From an uncultured Eubacteriales bacterium (lineage in GTDB: Bacteria; Bacillota; Clostridia; Christensenellales; CAG-138): a DNA stretch of 64,000 bases. The DNA is taken from positions 46,816 to 110,815 of the forward strand of contig UQGA01000004.1 in assembly GCA_900540495.1 (NCBI GenBank), in the 5' to 3' direction. Positions 47,479 through 57,273 of this stretch are shown here, piece by piece; positions within the stretch are counted from its first letter, which is position 1, and every line of letters starts with the position of its first letter. The notes beneath the pieces were generated by a model. That model had not been told where the DNA came from, ran no database searches, and saw only the letters and a program-made list of their open reading frames with translations. A program made the translations under genes and the position numbers.

Positions 47479-49740
47479 GTGTTTGCCCGCATCCTCATCG
47501 ACATTGCGCATACGGAGGTCGACCGGCTGTTCACCTACCGCGTCCCGGAGGGGATGGCGGCCGTGCCCGGCATGCACGTGCTCGCGCCGTTCGGGCGGGG
47601 CAACGCGCAGAAGGAGGGCTTCGTCATCGAGGTGACGGCGGAGCCGGACGGCGCCGGCCCGTTCAAAACGCTCACGCGCGCGCTCGAGCCGTATCCCGTC
47701 CTGCTGCCGGAGCAGTTGGAACTGGCGCGCTGGATGCAGCGCAGCTACAACTGCCTGCTCGTGGATGCGCTCCGGCTGATGATTCCCGCGCAGCTGCGCG
47801 GCGGCCGCGTCCACGAGAAGATCACGCGGACGGTGTCGCTCGCGCCCGGGCTGGATGTGCAGGCGGCGCTCGCATCGCTGTGCGGCAGCGACGGCCGCGC
47901 GCGCGCGCCGAGGCAATACGAGGCGCTCAAACTGCTGGCCGACAGCGGCGTCGAGATGGCGGTTTCGGATCTCGCGGCGTTCCTGCCGGGGGCGGCGGCG
48001 GCGGTGGCGGGGCTGATCCGCCGCGGCTATGTGGTGGAGAGCGGGCACGTTACGTTCCGCCGCCCGCCGGAAGCGGCGCCGCAGGCGCAGGAAAGCCCGC
48101 CGACGCTGACGGAGGCGCAGGCGCAGGCCGTCGCGGCGGTGGAGGCGGCGTTTGCCTCCGGCGCAGGCGGCACCTTTTTGCTGCACGGCGTGACCGGCAG
48201 CGGCAAGACGGAGGTCTATCTGCGCTGCATCGAACGGTGCCTTGCCGCCGGGAAGCAGGCGATTGTGCTCGTGCCGGAGATTGCCCTGACGCCGCAGACG
48301 GTCGGGCGCTTCCGCGCGCGGTTTTCGGACGAGATCGCCGTGCTGCACAGCCGGCTCAGCGCCGGCGAGCGGTTCGACGAGTGGCGGCGCATCCGGCTGG
48401 GACGTGCCAACGTCGCCGTGGGCGCGCGCAGCGCCGTGTTTGCGCCGTTTGAACGGCTGGGGCTGATCGTCGTGGACGAGGAGCACGAGGGCAGTTATCA
48501 GAGCGAGAACGCCCCCCGCTACCATGCCGTGGAGGTCGCGCAGCATCGTGCGGCCGCGGCGGGCGCGCCGCTGCTGCTGGGCAGCGCCACGCCGTCGCTG
48601 TTGAGCTATTTTCGCGCGGAATCCGGGCGCTACCGGTTGATGGAGCTGCCGGAGCGCGTCATGCACCGGCCGCTGCCCGAGGTGGAGGTCGTGGACATGC
48701 GGGAGGAGTTCCTCTCCGGCAACAACGGCATCTTTTCCGGGCGGCTCGTCTCGCTGCTCGGGGCGTGTTTCGACGCGGGGCGCCAGGCCATGCTGTTCAT
48801 GAACCGGCGCGGGTATTCCACGTTCGTGTCCTGCCGCGCGTGCGGCAACGTCGTGCAGTGTCCCAACTGCGACATCTCCATGACGTACCACAAGGCCGAG
48901 CAGCGGCTCAGGTGCCATTTTTGCGGTGCGAGCGCGCCCCTGCCGCAGCGGTGCCCGGCGTGCGGGAAGCCGTTTATCAAATACTTTGGCGTCGGGACCG
49001 AGCAGGTGGAGGAACAGTTGCACGCCCTTTTCCCGCAGGTGCGGGCGTTGCGCATGGATACGGATACCATGCGCGGCAAGGACGCGCACGCGCATCTGCT
49101 GGAGGCGTTCGCCTCCGGAGAGGCGCAGGTGCTCATCGGCACGCAGATGATCGCCAAGGGGCATGACTTCCCGAACGTGACGCTTGTGGGGGTGGTCGCG
49201 GCGGATGCGACGCTGTGCATCCCGGACTATCGCAGTGCGGAGCGCGCGTTCCAGCTGCTCACGCAGGTGTCCGGCCGGGCGGGACGGGACGAGGCGCCGG
49301 GACGGGTGGTCGTACAGACATACCAGCCGGGGCATCCGGTCATCCGCTTTGCGCGCGCGCACGACTACCGGGGGTTCTACCGGTACGAGCTGCTCGAACG
49401 GCGCAAGGCGCTGTTGCCGCCGTATTCGCTGTTTCTGCGCATCCTGTTTTCCGGGCCGGACGAGGCGGCGCTGGCCGCGGCGGGCGAGCGGTATGGCGCG
49501 CAGCTCGAGGCGGAGATCCGCTTGCTGCTGGGCGAGGAGGGCGCGCAGGACCTGCTCCTGCTCCTGCCGTCGCCCGCGCCGATTCGCAAGAAGCAGGGCG
49601 TGTACCGCTATCAGGTGCTCGTCAAACTGCTGCGCACGCGGCGCACGGCTGCGGTGATCCGGCAGATCTATGCGTTTGCCGCGGCGCATCGCAACGAGCT
49701 GTTCGCGCAGCTCGAGGTCAACCCGCAGGATATGTTTTAG
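47479..49740 (+). CDS. priA: Primosomal protein N' (replication restart helicase PriA)
   Basis: In track ORF 47437..49740. GTG 47479 after AAGGAAAGGA gives VFARILIDIA... GVTGSGKTEVY, DEEH, Zn-binding CRACGNVVQCPNCD...CHFCG. Confidence 0.9.
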   Translation: MFARILIDIAHTEVDRLFTYRVPEGMAAVPGMHVLAPFGRGNAQKEGFVIEVTAEPDGAGPFKTLTRALEPYPVLLPEQLELARWMQRSYNCLLVDALRLMIPAQLRGGRVHEKITRTVSLAPGLDVQAALASLCGSDGRARAPRQYEALKLLADSGVEMAVSDLAAFLPGAAAAVAGLIRRGYVVESGHVTFRRPPEAAPQAQESPPTLTEAQAQAVAAVEAAFASGAGGTFLLHGVTGSGKTEVYLRCIERCLAAGKQAIVLVPEIALTPQTVGRFRARFSDEIAVLHSRLSAGERFDEWRRIRLGRANVAVGARSAVFAPFERLGLIVVDEEHEGSYQSENAPRYHAVEVAQHRAAAAGAPLLLGSATPSLLSYFRAESGRYRLMELPERVMHRPLPEVEVVDMREEFLSGNNGIFSGRLVSLLGACFDAGRQAMLFMNRRGYSTFVSCRACGNVVQCPNCDISMTYHKAEQRLRCHFCGASAPLPQRCPACGKPFIKYFGVGTEQVEEQLHALFPQVRALRMDTDTMRGKDAHAHLLEAFASGEAQVLIGTQMIAKGHDFPNVTLVGVVAADATLCIPDYRSAERAFQLLTQVSGRAGRDEAPGRVVVQTYQPGHPVIRFARAHDYRGFYRYELLERRKALLPPYSLFLRILFSGPDEAALAAAGERYGAQLEAEIRLLLGEEGAQDLLLLLPSPAPIRKKQGVYRYQVLVKLLRTRRTAAVIRQIYAFAAAHRNELFAQLEVNPQDMF

Positions 49741-49777
49741 TTGTGACCGTTCGCGCATTGCGCGGGGGAGGAAGGAT

Positions 49778-51622
49778 ATGGAGACCGAAAAGGGAAGGGA
49801 AACGCCGGAAAGGAAGCCGGCCGTGGACTGGGCGCTCATCGGCAGCCTGACGGTCGGCGTGAAGCACCACTTCGTTTGGGCGGCCGTCTGCGTGCTGCTG
49901 GCCGTGTGCGCCTCTTATGCGATCCCGTTTGTGACGAGCTTTACGCTCGATTATGTGATCCGGGGCGATGCTTCCGGGCTGCGGCTGCCCGCGTCTCTGC
50001 TCGCGTGGCTGGACGCGCTCGGCGGGCGGGAGTATCTTGTGTCGCATCTGTATCTCTGCGCCGTGGCGCTGGTGGTGCTGACGATGCTCAACGGCCTGTT
50101 TACGTTTCTGCGGCGACGCGAGGTGACGTTTGCGGCCGAGGGCGTGACCAAGACGCTGCGCGACCGGCTGTACCGGCACCTCGAGGACGTGCCGTACGAC
50201 TATCACAAGCACGTGAGCACGGGCGACCTCGTGCAGCGCTGCACGTCGGATGTGAACACGATCCGCCGCTTTATCGTCATGCAGCTGATGGAGATCGTGC
50301 GCACGGTGGCCATGGTTGCCGTGGCGGTCACGGTCATGTTCTCCATCCATACGAAGATGGCGCTCATCTCGATGGCGCTCATGCCGGTGCTGACGCTGAG
50401 CTCGTTCGTCTACTTCCGGTATGTGCAGCGGTATTTCATCGAGTCGGACGAAGCGGAAGGGCGGTTGTCCACGATGCTGCAGGAAAACCTGACCGGCATC
50501 CGCGTGGTGCGCGCGTTCGGGCAGCAGCGGGCGCAGCTCGAACGGTTTACGCAGATCGACGCGGATTACCGGGACAAGACGTATCGCCTGTTGCGGCTGC
50601 TCGCCTTCTATTGGGGCGGGTCGGACTGCGCCGGCTATCTGCAGATTGCGCTCTCGCTCGTGGCGGGCGTGCTGTTCGTCGCCAACGGGGAGTTCACGCT
50701 CGGCAACGTCACGCTGTTTACGACCTATACCGGGATGCTGACCTGGCCGGTGCGCCAGCTCGGACGCATCCTGGCGGATATGGGCAAGGCCGCCGTTTCG
50801 ATGGGCCGCCTCAACGAGATTCTGTCGGCGCCCGTGGAGACGGAGCCGGGCCGGGCGGAGCAGCCGGATCTGGCCGGGGATATCGTGTTTGACCATGTGT
50901 GCTTTGGTTACGACCGCTACGACGACGTGCTGCACGACGTGAGCTTTACCGTGCATCAGGGGGAGACCATCGGCATCCTTGGCTCGACCGGGTCCGGCAA
51001 ATCGAGCCTGGTGCAGCTGCTGCAGCGGCTGTACCGCGTGACGGCCGGGCGCATCCTCATCAACGGCACGAACATCGACGATATCGAGCACGGGTACCTG
51101 CGGCGCAACATCGGCATCGTGCTGCAGGAGCCGTTCCTCTATTCGCGCACGATCCTTGAAAACATCCGCATCGTAAACCCGGAGGCGCCGCTCGAGGAGG
51201 TCTACGAGGCGGCGCGCGTGGCCTCGGTGCACGACGTGATCGAATCGTTTGAGCAGGGGTACGACACGATCGTGGGCGAGCGCGGCGTTACGCTCTCGGG
51301 CGGGCAGCAGCAGCGCGTGGCCATCGCGCGCACGCTGATGCAGCGCGCGCGCATCCTGATCTTCGACGACTCGATGAGCGCCGTAGACACGGAGACCGAC
51401 GCCGCCATCCGCCGCGCGCTGCACGGCATGCGGCACGACGGCGTCACGTTCATCATCTCGCACCGCATCACGACGCTGTGCGAGGCGGACCGCATCCTCG
51501 TGCTCGACGAGGGACGGCTCGTGCAGGAGGGCACGCACGACGCGCTCATGGCCCAGGAGGGGCTATACCGGCGCATCGCGTCCATTCAGGACATGCAGGC
51601 GGAGGGAGGTGGCGCGGCATGA
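49778..51622 (+). CDS. ABC exporter, fused permease/ATPase (heterodimer partner 1)
   Basis: In track ORF 49670..51622. SD GGGGGAGGAAGG, then ATG 49778. 6-TM domain, Walker A GSTGSGKSS, signature LSGGQQQR. Confidence 0.9.
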   Translation: METEKGRETPERKPAVDWALIGSLTVGVKHHFVWAAVCVLLAVCASYAIPFVTSFTLDYVIRGDASGLRLPASLLAWLDALGGREYLVSHLYLCAVALVVLTMLNGLFTFLRRREVTFAAEGVTKTLRDRLYRHLEDVPYDYHKHVSTGDLVQRCTSDVNTIRRFIVMQLMEIVRTVAMVAVAVTVMFSIHTKMALISMALMPVLTLSSFVYFRYVQRYFIESDEAEGRLSTMLQENLTGIRVVRAFGQQRAQLERFTQIDADYRDKTYRLLRLLAFYWGGSDCAGYLQIALSLVAGVLFVANGEFTLGNVTLFTTYTGMLTWPVRQLGRILADMGKAAVSMGRLNEILSAPVETEPGRAEQPDLAGDIVFDHVCFGYDRYDDVLHDVSFTVHQGETIGILGSTGSGKSSLVQLLQRLYRVTAGRILINGTNIDDIEHGYLRRNIGIVLQEPFLYSRTILENIRIVNPEAPLEEVYEAARVASVHDVIESFEQGYDTIVGERGVTLSGGQQQRVAIARTLMQRARILIFDDSMSAVDTETDAAIRRALHGMRHDGVTFIISHRITTLCEADRILVLDEGRLVQEGTHDALMAQEGLYRRIASIQDMQAEGGGAA

Positions 51623-53493
51623 GCAGCCGGATCGAGGAACAGGACTTTACGGCGGAACGGGTCGACCTGTCGATCTGGAAGCGGCTGTACGCCTATGCGC
51701 TGCGCAACCGCGGCCTTGTCGCGGTCATTCTGCTGTCGCTTGTGGTCGTGTCGCTCGTGGACGTGGCGTACCCGCTGCTCTCGCGCTATGCCATCGACAC
51801 GTTCATCACGCCGAAAACCACGGACGGGCTGGGGCGCTTTGCGGCCGTGTACGCCGCGTTCGTGGCCGTGCAGGGGGTGGGTACGTTTGTGTTCATCTCG
51901 CGTTCGGGCAAGATGGAGATGACCATTGCCTATACCATCCGGCAGGAAGCGTTTGAAAAGCTGCAGAACCTGTCCTTTTCGTTCTACGACAGGACGGCCG
52001 TGGGCTATCTGATGGCGCGCATGATTTCGGACGTGGGGCGCCTGTCCGAGATGGTCGCCTGGAGCCTTGTGGACGTGCTGTACGCGCTGTTCTATGTGGC
52101 CAGCAGCATCGTCACGATCTTTTCGCTCAACTGGCGGCTCGCGCTCGTGGTCGTTGCGGTCATCCCGCCGCTGGCGGTGATCAGCGTGTTTTTGCAAAAA
52201 CGCATCCTGTTCTACCAGCGGCAGGCGCGCAAGCAGAACAGCCGCATCACCGGCGCGTTCAACGAGGGCATCATGGGCGCGATGACGACCAAGACGCTCG
52301 TGCGCGAGGAACAGAACGCGCGCGAGTTCAACGAGCTGACCGGGGACATGCGGCGCATCTCCATCCGCGCTTCGCTGCTGAGCGCCTCGTTCTTCCCGCT
52401 GGTGATCTCGATGGGCGCCATCGGCACCGGCTTTGCGCTGATGCTGGGCAGCGCAGGCGCGCTGCAGGGGCAGACCGCCTTTGTGGGCGCGATCACGGTG
52501 GGCACGCTCGTGTCTTTTGTCTCGTATGCGACGCAGATGTTCGATCCGATCCAGCAGCTGGCGGGCATCTTTGCGGAGCTGCAGGACGCGCAGGCCTCCG
52601 CCGAACGCGTCATCGCGCTGCTCGACACGGCCCCGGAGGTGGTCGATTCGCCCGAGATCGTGCAAAAGTACGGGGACATCCTGCACCCGCGGCGCGAAAA
52701 CTGGGAGCCGATCCGCGGCGAAGTGACGTTCGATCACGTGAGCTTCTCCTATAAGGAGGGCGAACCGGTTTTGCAGGATTTCACGCTCGACGTGCGCGCC
52801 GGCGAGAACATAGCGCTCGTGGGAGAGACCGGCGCGGGCAAGAGCACGATCGTGAACCTCGTGTGCCGGTTTTACGAGCCGACGGCCGGGCGCATCCTCA
52901 TCGACGGGGTGGACTACCGGCAGCGGTCGCAGCTCTGGCTGCAGTCGAACCTGGGCTATGTGCTGCAATCGCCCCATCTGTTCTCCGGCACGATTGCGGA
53001 CAACATCCGCTTCGGCCGCCCGGACGCGACGGATGAGGAGGTGCGCGCCGCCGCGGCGCTCGTCCATGCGGACGCCTTCATCCGCCGGCAGGACAAGGGC
53101 TATGACGCTGAGGTGGGCGAGGGCGGCGCGCGCCTCTCCACCGGGCAGAAGCAGCTGATTTCGTTCGCCCGCGTGATGCTGGCCGATCCGCGCATCTTCG
53201 TGCTCGACGAGGCGACCAGCTCCATCGATACGGAGACCGAGCAGCTCATCCAGCAGGCGATTACGCACGTGCTGCACGGCCGCACGAGCTTCATCGTAGC
53301 GCACCGGCTGTCCACCATCCGCCATGCCGACCGCATCCTCGTCATCCGGGGCGGGCGCGTGGTGGAAGCCGGCACGCACGAGGCGCTCATGGCGGCGCGC
53401 GGTTACTATTACGATCTGTATACCCACCAGTTCCGCGAGGAGGCCATGCAGGGCGCGCTGCAACGGGCGGCCCGGGAGGACGCTGCGGACTGA
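51619..53493 (+). CDS. ABC exporter, fused permease/ATPase (heterodimer partner 2)
   Basis: In track ORF 51478..53493. ATG 51619 overlaps the upstream stop (ATGA). Walker A GETGAGKST, signature LSTGQKQL. Confidence 0.9.
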   Translation: MSSRIEEQDFTAERVDLSIWKRLYAYALRNRGLVAVILLSLVVVSLVDVAYPLLSRYAIDTFITPKTTDGLGRFAAVYAAFVAVQGVGTFVFISRSGKMEMTIAYTIRQEAFEKLQNLSFSFYDRTAVGYLMARMISDVGRLSEMVAWSLVDVLYALFYVASSIVTIFSLNWRLALVVVAVIPPLAVISVFLQKRILFYQRQARKQNSRITGAFNEGIMGAMTTKTLVREEQNAREFNELTGDMRRISIRASLLSASFFPLVISMGAIGTGFALMLGSAGALQGQTAFVGAITVGTLVSFVSYATQMFDPIQQLAGIFAELQDAQASAERVIALLDTAPEVVDSPEIVQKYGDILHPRRENWEPIRGEVTFDHVSFSYKEGEPVLQDFTLDVRAGENIALVGETGAGKSTIVNLVCRFYEPTAGRILIDGVDYRQRSQLWLQSNLGYVLQSPHLFSGTIADNIRFGRPDATDEEVRAAAALVHADAFIRRQDKGYDAEVGEGGARLSTGQKQLISFARVMLADPRIFVLDEATSSIDTETEQLIQQAITHVLHGRTSFIVAHRLSTIRHADRILVIRGGRVVEAGTHEALMAARGYYYDLYTHQFREEAMQGALQRAAREDAAD

Positions 53494-53521
53494 GCGGGGA
53501 GGAGCAAAGGAGGCGGATTTG

Positions 53522-54577
53522 ATGGACTTTCCGGCCGAACACCATCTGCGGCGGCTGGCGACCCATGCAGGCGCGCACGCGGCGGTGGATTTTGCCTGCT
53601 TCTACGTGCTGTTTGCACGGTTTTCCCCGCTCGTGCAGCCCGCGGAGCAGTTGACGCTCGGCTTCCTGCTCTATAACGTCCTCGCCTTTGGCCTGCAACC
53701 GCTGATCGGTTTTCTCTGCGATCATTATCGCAGCTTTCCGGCCGCCGCCGCCGGCTGCGCGCTGGTGCTCGTGGGGCTGTGCCTGCCGCAGGGAGCGGCC
53801 TGGGCGGCGCTGGTGCTGTGCGCTTTTGGGAACGCCTGGTTCCATGTCGGCGCCGGGAGCGACGTGCTGCTCTTGTCGCATGGGCGCATGGCGGACAACG
53901 GCGCGTTTGTGGCCACCGGGGCCGTCGGCGTGGCGCTCGGTACGCTGGCGGGGCAAAACGGCGTGAGCGCCGCGCTGCCCATCGTGCTGCTTTCGGCGGT
54001 GCTGCTGTTGCTGTGGTGGATGCCGACGCAGTTTGGCGGCGCGCTCACGCGGTACTGGATCTTCAGCGGCAGGACGGGCCTGCCCATGGCGTTCTTCCTG
54101 CTGCTGCTTGCCGTTGCGGCGCGCAGTTTTGCCGGCGCCGTCATGCCGGCGCCGTGGCGCTCCACCGGGGATTACCTGCTGCTTGCGGCTGGCGCCGCCG
54201 CGCTCGGCAAGGCGCTGGGCGGGGTGCTGGCGGATGTGTTCGGCGCGCGGCGCGTCTCCGTGCTGGCGCTGGCGCTGTCGGTGCCGCTGCTCGCCCTGTT
54301 CTATGAAAGCCCGGCGCTCAGCGCGATCGGACTGGTGCTGTTCAACATCCCGATGCCGGTCACGCTCTGCGCCGTCGCCGATCTGCTGCCGTACAATCCG
54401 GGCCTCGCGTTCGGGCTGACAACGCTTGCGCTGCTCGTGGGGGTGGTGCCGGTGTTCCTGGTGCCGCTTGCCGGGGCGTCGGCCGCCGCGCTGGCCGCCG
54501 CGCTGTCCGCGCTCGCGGCGGGCTGCCTGCTCGTCGTCACGCGCAACCGCCGGGATGTGTACCATGAAACCGTTTAG
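53522..54577 (+). CDS. Polytopic membrane protein, MFS-like
   Basis: In track ORF 53324..54577. SD AAAGGAGG, then ATG 53522. About 10 hydrophobic helices. MFS motif-A-like LGGVLADVFGARRVS. Family not firmly recognised. Confidence 0.65.
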   Translation: MDFPAEHHLRRLATHAGAHAAVDFACFYVLFARFSPLVQPAEQLTLGFLLYNVLAFGLQPLIGFLCDHYRSFPAAAAGCALVLVGLCLPQGAAWAALVLCAFGNAWFHVGAGSDVLLLSHGRMADNGAFVATGAVGVALGTLAGQNGVSAALPIVLLSAVLLLLWWMPTQFGGALTRYWIFSGRTGLPMAFFLLLLAVAARSFAGAVMPAPWRSTGDYLLLAAGAAALGKALGGVLADVFGARRVSVLALALSVPLLALFYESPALSAIGLVLFNIPMPVTLCAVADLLPYNPGLAFGLTTLALLVGVVPVFLVPLAGASAAALAAALSALAAGCLLVVTRNRRDVYHETV

Positions 54578-54603
54578 TCCGCATACGAAAGGAGGTGCCC
54601 GGT

Positions 54604-54762
54604 ATGCCGTATCGTGATGTCGCCGTTGCGCCGATGGTCGTGACTTCCGGCGTGATGATCGCGCTGATCGTCGCCGTGGTTGCGGCGCTCTGCGCGCTGG
54701 CCTGCTATCTCATCCGTCGAGCGATCCGCCGCGCCCGGGAGCGTGGCGACGCAGGGCGTTGA
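54604..54762 (+). CDS. Unannotated small single-pass membrane protein (52 aa)
   Basis: Not in the track (below the size cutoff). GGAGG (54591-54595) 8 nt before ATG 54604. MPYRDVAVAPMVVTSGVMIALIVAVVAALCALACYLIRRAIRRARERGDAGR. GC3-rich codons. Confidence 0.45.
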   Translation: MPYRDVAVAPMVVTSGVMIALIVAVVAALCALACYLIRRAIRRARERGDAGR

Positions 54763-55097
54763 GCGCGCTGTTCGATCTGGCGGCCGCCCTTGCGCTGACC
54801 GTTTCCATCGAGTGCGGCGCGGCCGCGCTGCTGCTGCGGTCGCGGCATGTGACGTATGCGGTGCTGCTCGGCAACCTGCTGACAAATCCGCTGCTCAACG
54901 GGCTGCTGCTGCTCGCGGATGCGTGCCTGCCCGGGGTGCGGCCGTGGGCGCTCCTGCCGCTGGAGCTTGCCGCGACGGTCGGGGAGGGGGCGCTGCTGCG
55001 GCGCCTGTCGGGCCTCCCGGCGCGGCGGGCGTATCCCCTTTCCCTGCTGCTCAATGCGCTCTCTTTTGGCGCCGGGCTGTTGCTGTGGAACCCATGA
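54759..55097 (+). CDS. Small hydrophobic membrane protein (112 aa)
   Basis: TTG start overlapping the preceding stop (TTGA). 3-4 predicted TM helices. No family recognised. Confidence 0.5.
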   Translation: MSALFDLAAALALTVSIECGAAALLLRSRHVTYAVLLGNLLTNPLLNGLLLLADACLPGVRPWALLPLELAATVGEGALLRRLSGLPARRAYPLSLLLNALSFGAGLLLWNP

Positions 55098-55116
55098 TCC
55101 CTTTGGAGGTATTGCC

Positions 55117-56514
55117 ATGAACAAGGACGTTGTCATCGTCGGCGCCGGTCCGGCGGGCATCTTTACCGCGCTCGAACTGCTCCGCCGGGGCAGCCGCGCA
55201 AGCATTCTGATCGTAGAGAAGGGGCAGGCCGTGGAAAACCGCCGCTGCCCCAAGCAGCAGACGAAAAAATGCGTCAACTGCAAGCCCTACTGTCACATCA
55301 CCACCGGGTTTTCCGGCGCCGGCGCGTTTTCGGACGGCAAGCTGTCGCTGAGCTGCGAGGTGGGGGGCGACCTGCCGTCGCTCATCGGCGCGGATCTTGC
55401 ACAGGCGACCATCGACTATGCCGACAGCATCTATTTAGAGTTTGGCGCCGATGCGCACGTGGAGGGCGTGGGCAACACCGAGGCCGTCAAGGAGATCCGC
55501 AAGCGGGCCATCTCCGCCGGGCTCAAGCTCGTGGACTGCCCCATCCGCCACATGGGCACGGAGAAGGCGCAGGGCATCTATCTGGCCATCGAGCGGTACC
55601 TGCAGGAGCACGGCGTGGAGCTGCTGTTCGGCTTTGAGTGTACGAGCCTGCTGCTCGAGGGCAAGGCCTGCCGCGGCGTGAGCGTGACCAATGGCAGCGT
55701 TTCCTACGAGATCCATGCAAAACACACCGTCGTCGCCACCGGCCGGCGCGGGGCGGACTGGCTCGAGGGCCTGTGCGCGGAATACGGCATCGCCCACGAG
55801 CCCGGTACGGTCGATATCGGCGTGCGCGTGGAGGTGCGCAACGAGGTTATGGAGCAGGTGAACGAGGTGCTCTATGAGTCCAAGCTCATCGGCTACCCCC
55901 GCCCCTTCAAGAACAAGGTGCGCACGTTCTGTCAGAATCCGGGCGGCTTTGTGAGCCAGGAGAACTACGACAACGACCTTGCCGTGGTCAACGGCCATTC
56001 CTATAAGGAGCTCAAGTCCGAAAACACGAACCTGGCCATCCTCTGCTCGCACAATTTCAACGTGCCGTTCAACCAGCCCATCGCCTATGCGCAGAAGGTG
56101 GGCGAGCTGACGAACATGCTCGGCGCGGGGCATATCCTTGTGCAGCGATTCGGAGACATTCTCGACGGCAAGCGCACCTGGCAGAAGGAGCTGGCCGTCT
56201 CCAACGTAAAGCCGACGCTGCCGGATGCGGTCGCGGGCGATATCACCGCCGCCATGCCGTATCGGGCGATGACAAACATCATCAACTTCATCCAGGCGAT
56301 GGACATCGTCGTGCCCGGGTTTGCCTCCATCGAAACGCTGCTGTATTCGCCGGAGCTGAAGTTTTACAGCAACCGCATCAGGATGGATGCGGATTTCAAC
56401 ACGAGCATCGAGGGGCTGTACTGCCTCGGCGATTCCTCCGGCTGGACGCGCGGGCTGATGATGGCGTCGGTCATGGGCGTGCTCATGGGCCGCCGGCTCG
56501 CGGCGGCGGACTGA
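55117..56514 (+). CDS. FAD-dependent oxidoreductase (COG2509-like uncharacterised dehydrogenase)
   Basis: In track ORF 54919..56514. SD GGAGG, then ATG 55117. DVVIVGAGPAGIFTA dinucleotide fold, Cys-rich CPKQQTKKCVNCKPYC, GFSGAGAFSDGKL. Confidence 0.85.
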   Translation: MNKDVVIVGAGPAGIFTALELLRRGSRASILIVEKGQAVENRRCPKQQTKKCVNCKPYCHITTGFSGAGAFSDGKLSLSCEVGGDLPSLIGADLAQATIDYADSIYLEFGADAHVEGVGNTEAVKEIRKRAISAGLKLVDCPIRHMGTEKAQGIYLAIERYLQEHGVELLFGFECTSLLLEGKACRGVSVTNGSVSYEIHAKHTVVATGRRGADWLEGLCAEYGIAHEPGTVDIGVRVEVRNEVMEQVNEVLYESKLIGYPRPFKNKVRTFCQNPGGFVSQENYDNDLAVVNGHSYKELKSENTNLAILCSHNFNVPFNQPIAYAQKVGELTNMLGAGHILVQRFGDILDGKRTWQKELAVSNVKPTLPDAVAGDITAAMPYRAMTNIINFIQAMDIVVPGFASIETLLYSPELKFYSNRIRMDADFNTSIEGLYCLGDSSGWTRGLMMASVMGVLMGRRLAAAD

Positions 56515-56543
56515 TCCCCGGCCGGCGGGGAAGGGGGCGCGAC

Positions 56544-57227
56544 ATGGCCGCTTCGATCGGCACCTATGGCGAACGGGCGCTGCATGCGGCGCTCAAACGC
56601 CTCATAGAGCCGGACGAGTCCCTGCACGAGCGGCCGTATCACGGTTGCGTGGTGGACGTCCTCCGGCCGGACGGCGTGTTCGAGGTGCAGACGCGCGCGT
56701 TCGACCGGCTGCGCGGCAAGCTCGGCCGGCTGCTGCCGGACACGGCGGTGACGGTCGTGTATCCCGCGGTGCGGCAAAAATGGCTGGTCTGGGTGGACCC
56801 GGATACCGGCGAAACGACGAAACGGCGGCGTTCCCCGAAGACGGGTACGCCGCTTGCCGTCTGCTATGAGCTGTATAAGCTCCGGCCGCTGCTGCCCGAT
56901 CCCAACCTGACGCTCTGGGTCGTTCCGGCCGATGTGGAGGAATACCGCAGCCTGACCGGCTGGAGCCGCGACCGCAAGCGCGGTTCCACACGGCTCGAAC
57001 GCCTGCCGGTCGCGTTTGGCGAGCCGCTCGTGCTGCGCACGGCGGCGGACTACCGCCGCCTGTTGCCGGAGGGGCTGGAGGAGCCGTTCACGACGGCGGC
57101 GCTTTCCGCCTGCGCCCGGGTGTCGCCGGCCTGCGCGCAGCGCGCGGCCGCCGTACTGCTGCAGCTCGGCGCGATCGAGCGGTGCGGCAAGCGCGGCAAC
57201 GCCTATCTCTACCGGCGCGTCCCCTGA
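56544..57227 (+). CDS. Conserved hypothetical protein with PD-(D/E)xK-like N-terminal motif and C-terminal wHTH-like region
   Basis: 227 aa. GERALHAALK...VVDVLRPDGVFEVQT (D...E-x-Q pattern), WSRDRKRGSTRLERLP, C-terminal AAAVLLQLGAIERCGKRGNAYLY. Confidence 0.65.
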   Translation: MAASIGTYGERALHAALKRLIEPDESLHERPYHGCVVDVLRPDGVFEVQTRAFDRLRGKLGRLLPDTAVTVVYPAVRQKWLVWVDPDTGETTKRRRSPKTGTPLAVCYELYKLRPLLPDPNLTLWVVPADVEEYRSLTGWSRDRKRGSTRLERLPVAFGEPLVLRTAADYRRLLPEGLEEPFTTAALSACARVSPACAQRAAAVLLQLGAIERCGKRGNAYLYRRVP

Positions 57228-57236
57228 CGCGCCCGC

Positions 57237-57258
57237 GCCCGCCCCGGCGGGCTTTTTT
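57237..57258 (+). terminator. Intrinsic terminator
   Basis: gcccgcc-cc-ggcgggc (57237-57252) followed by T6 (57253-57258), 10 nt after the stop at 57227. Confidence 0.85.
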
Positions 57259-57273
57259 GTTCGCCCCGGCGCG

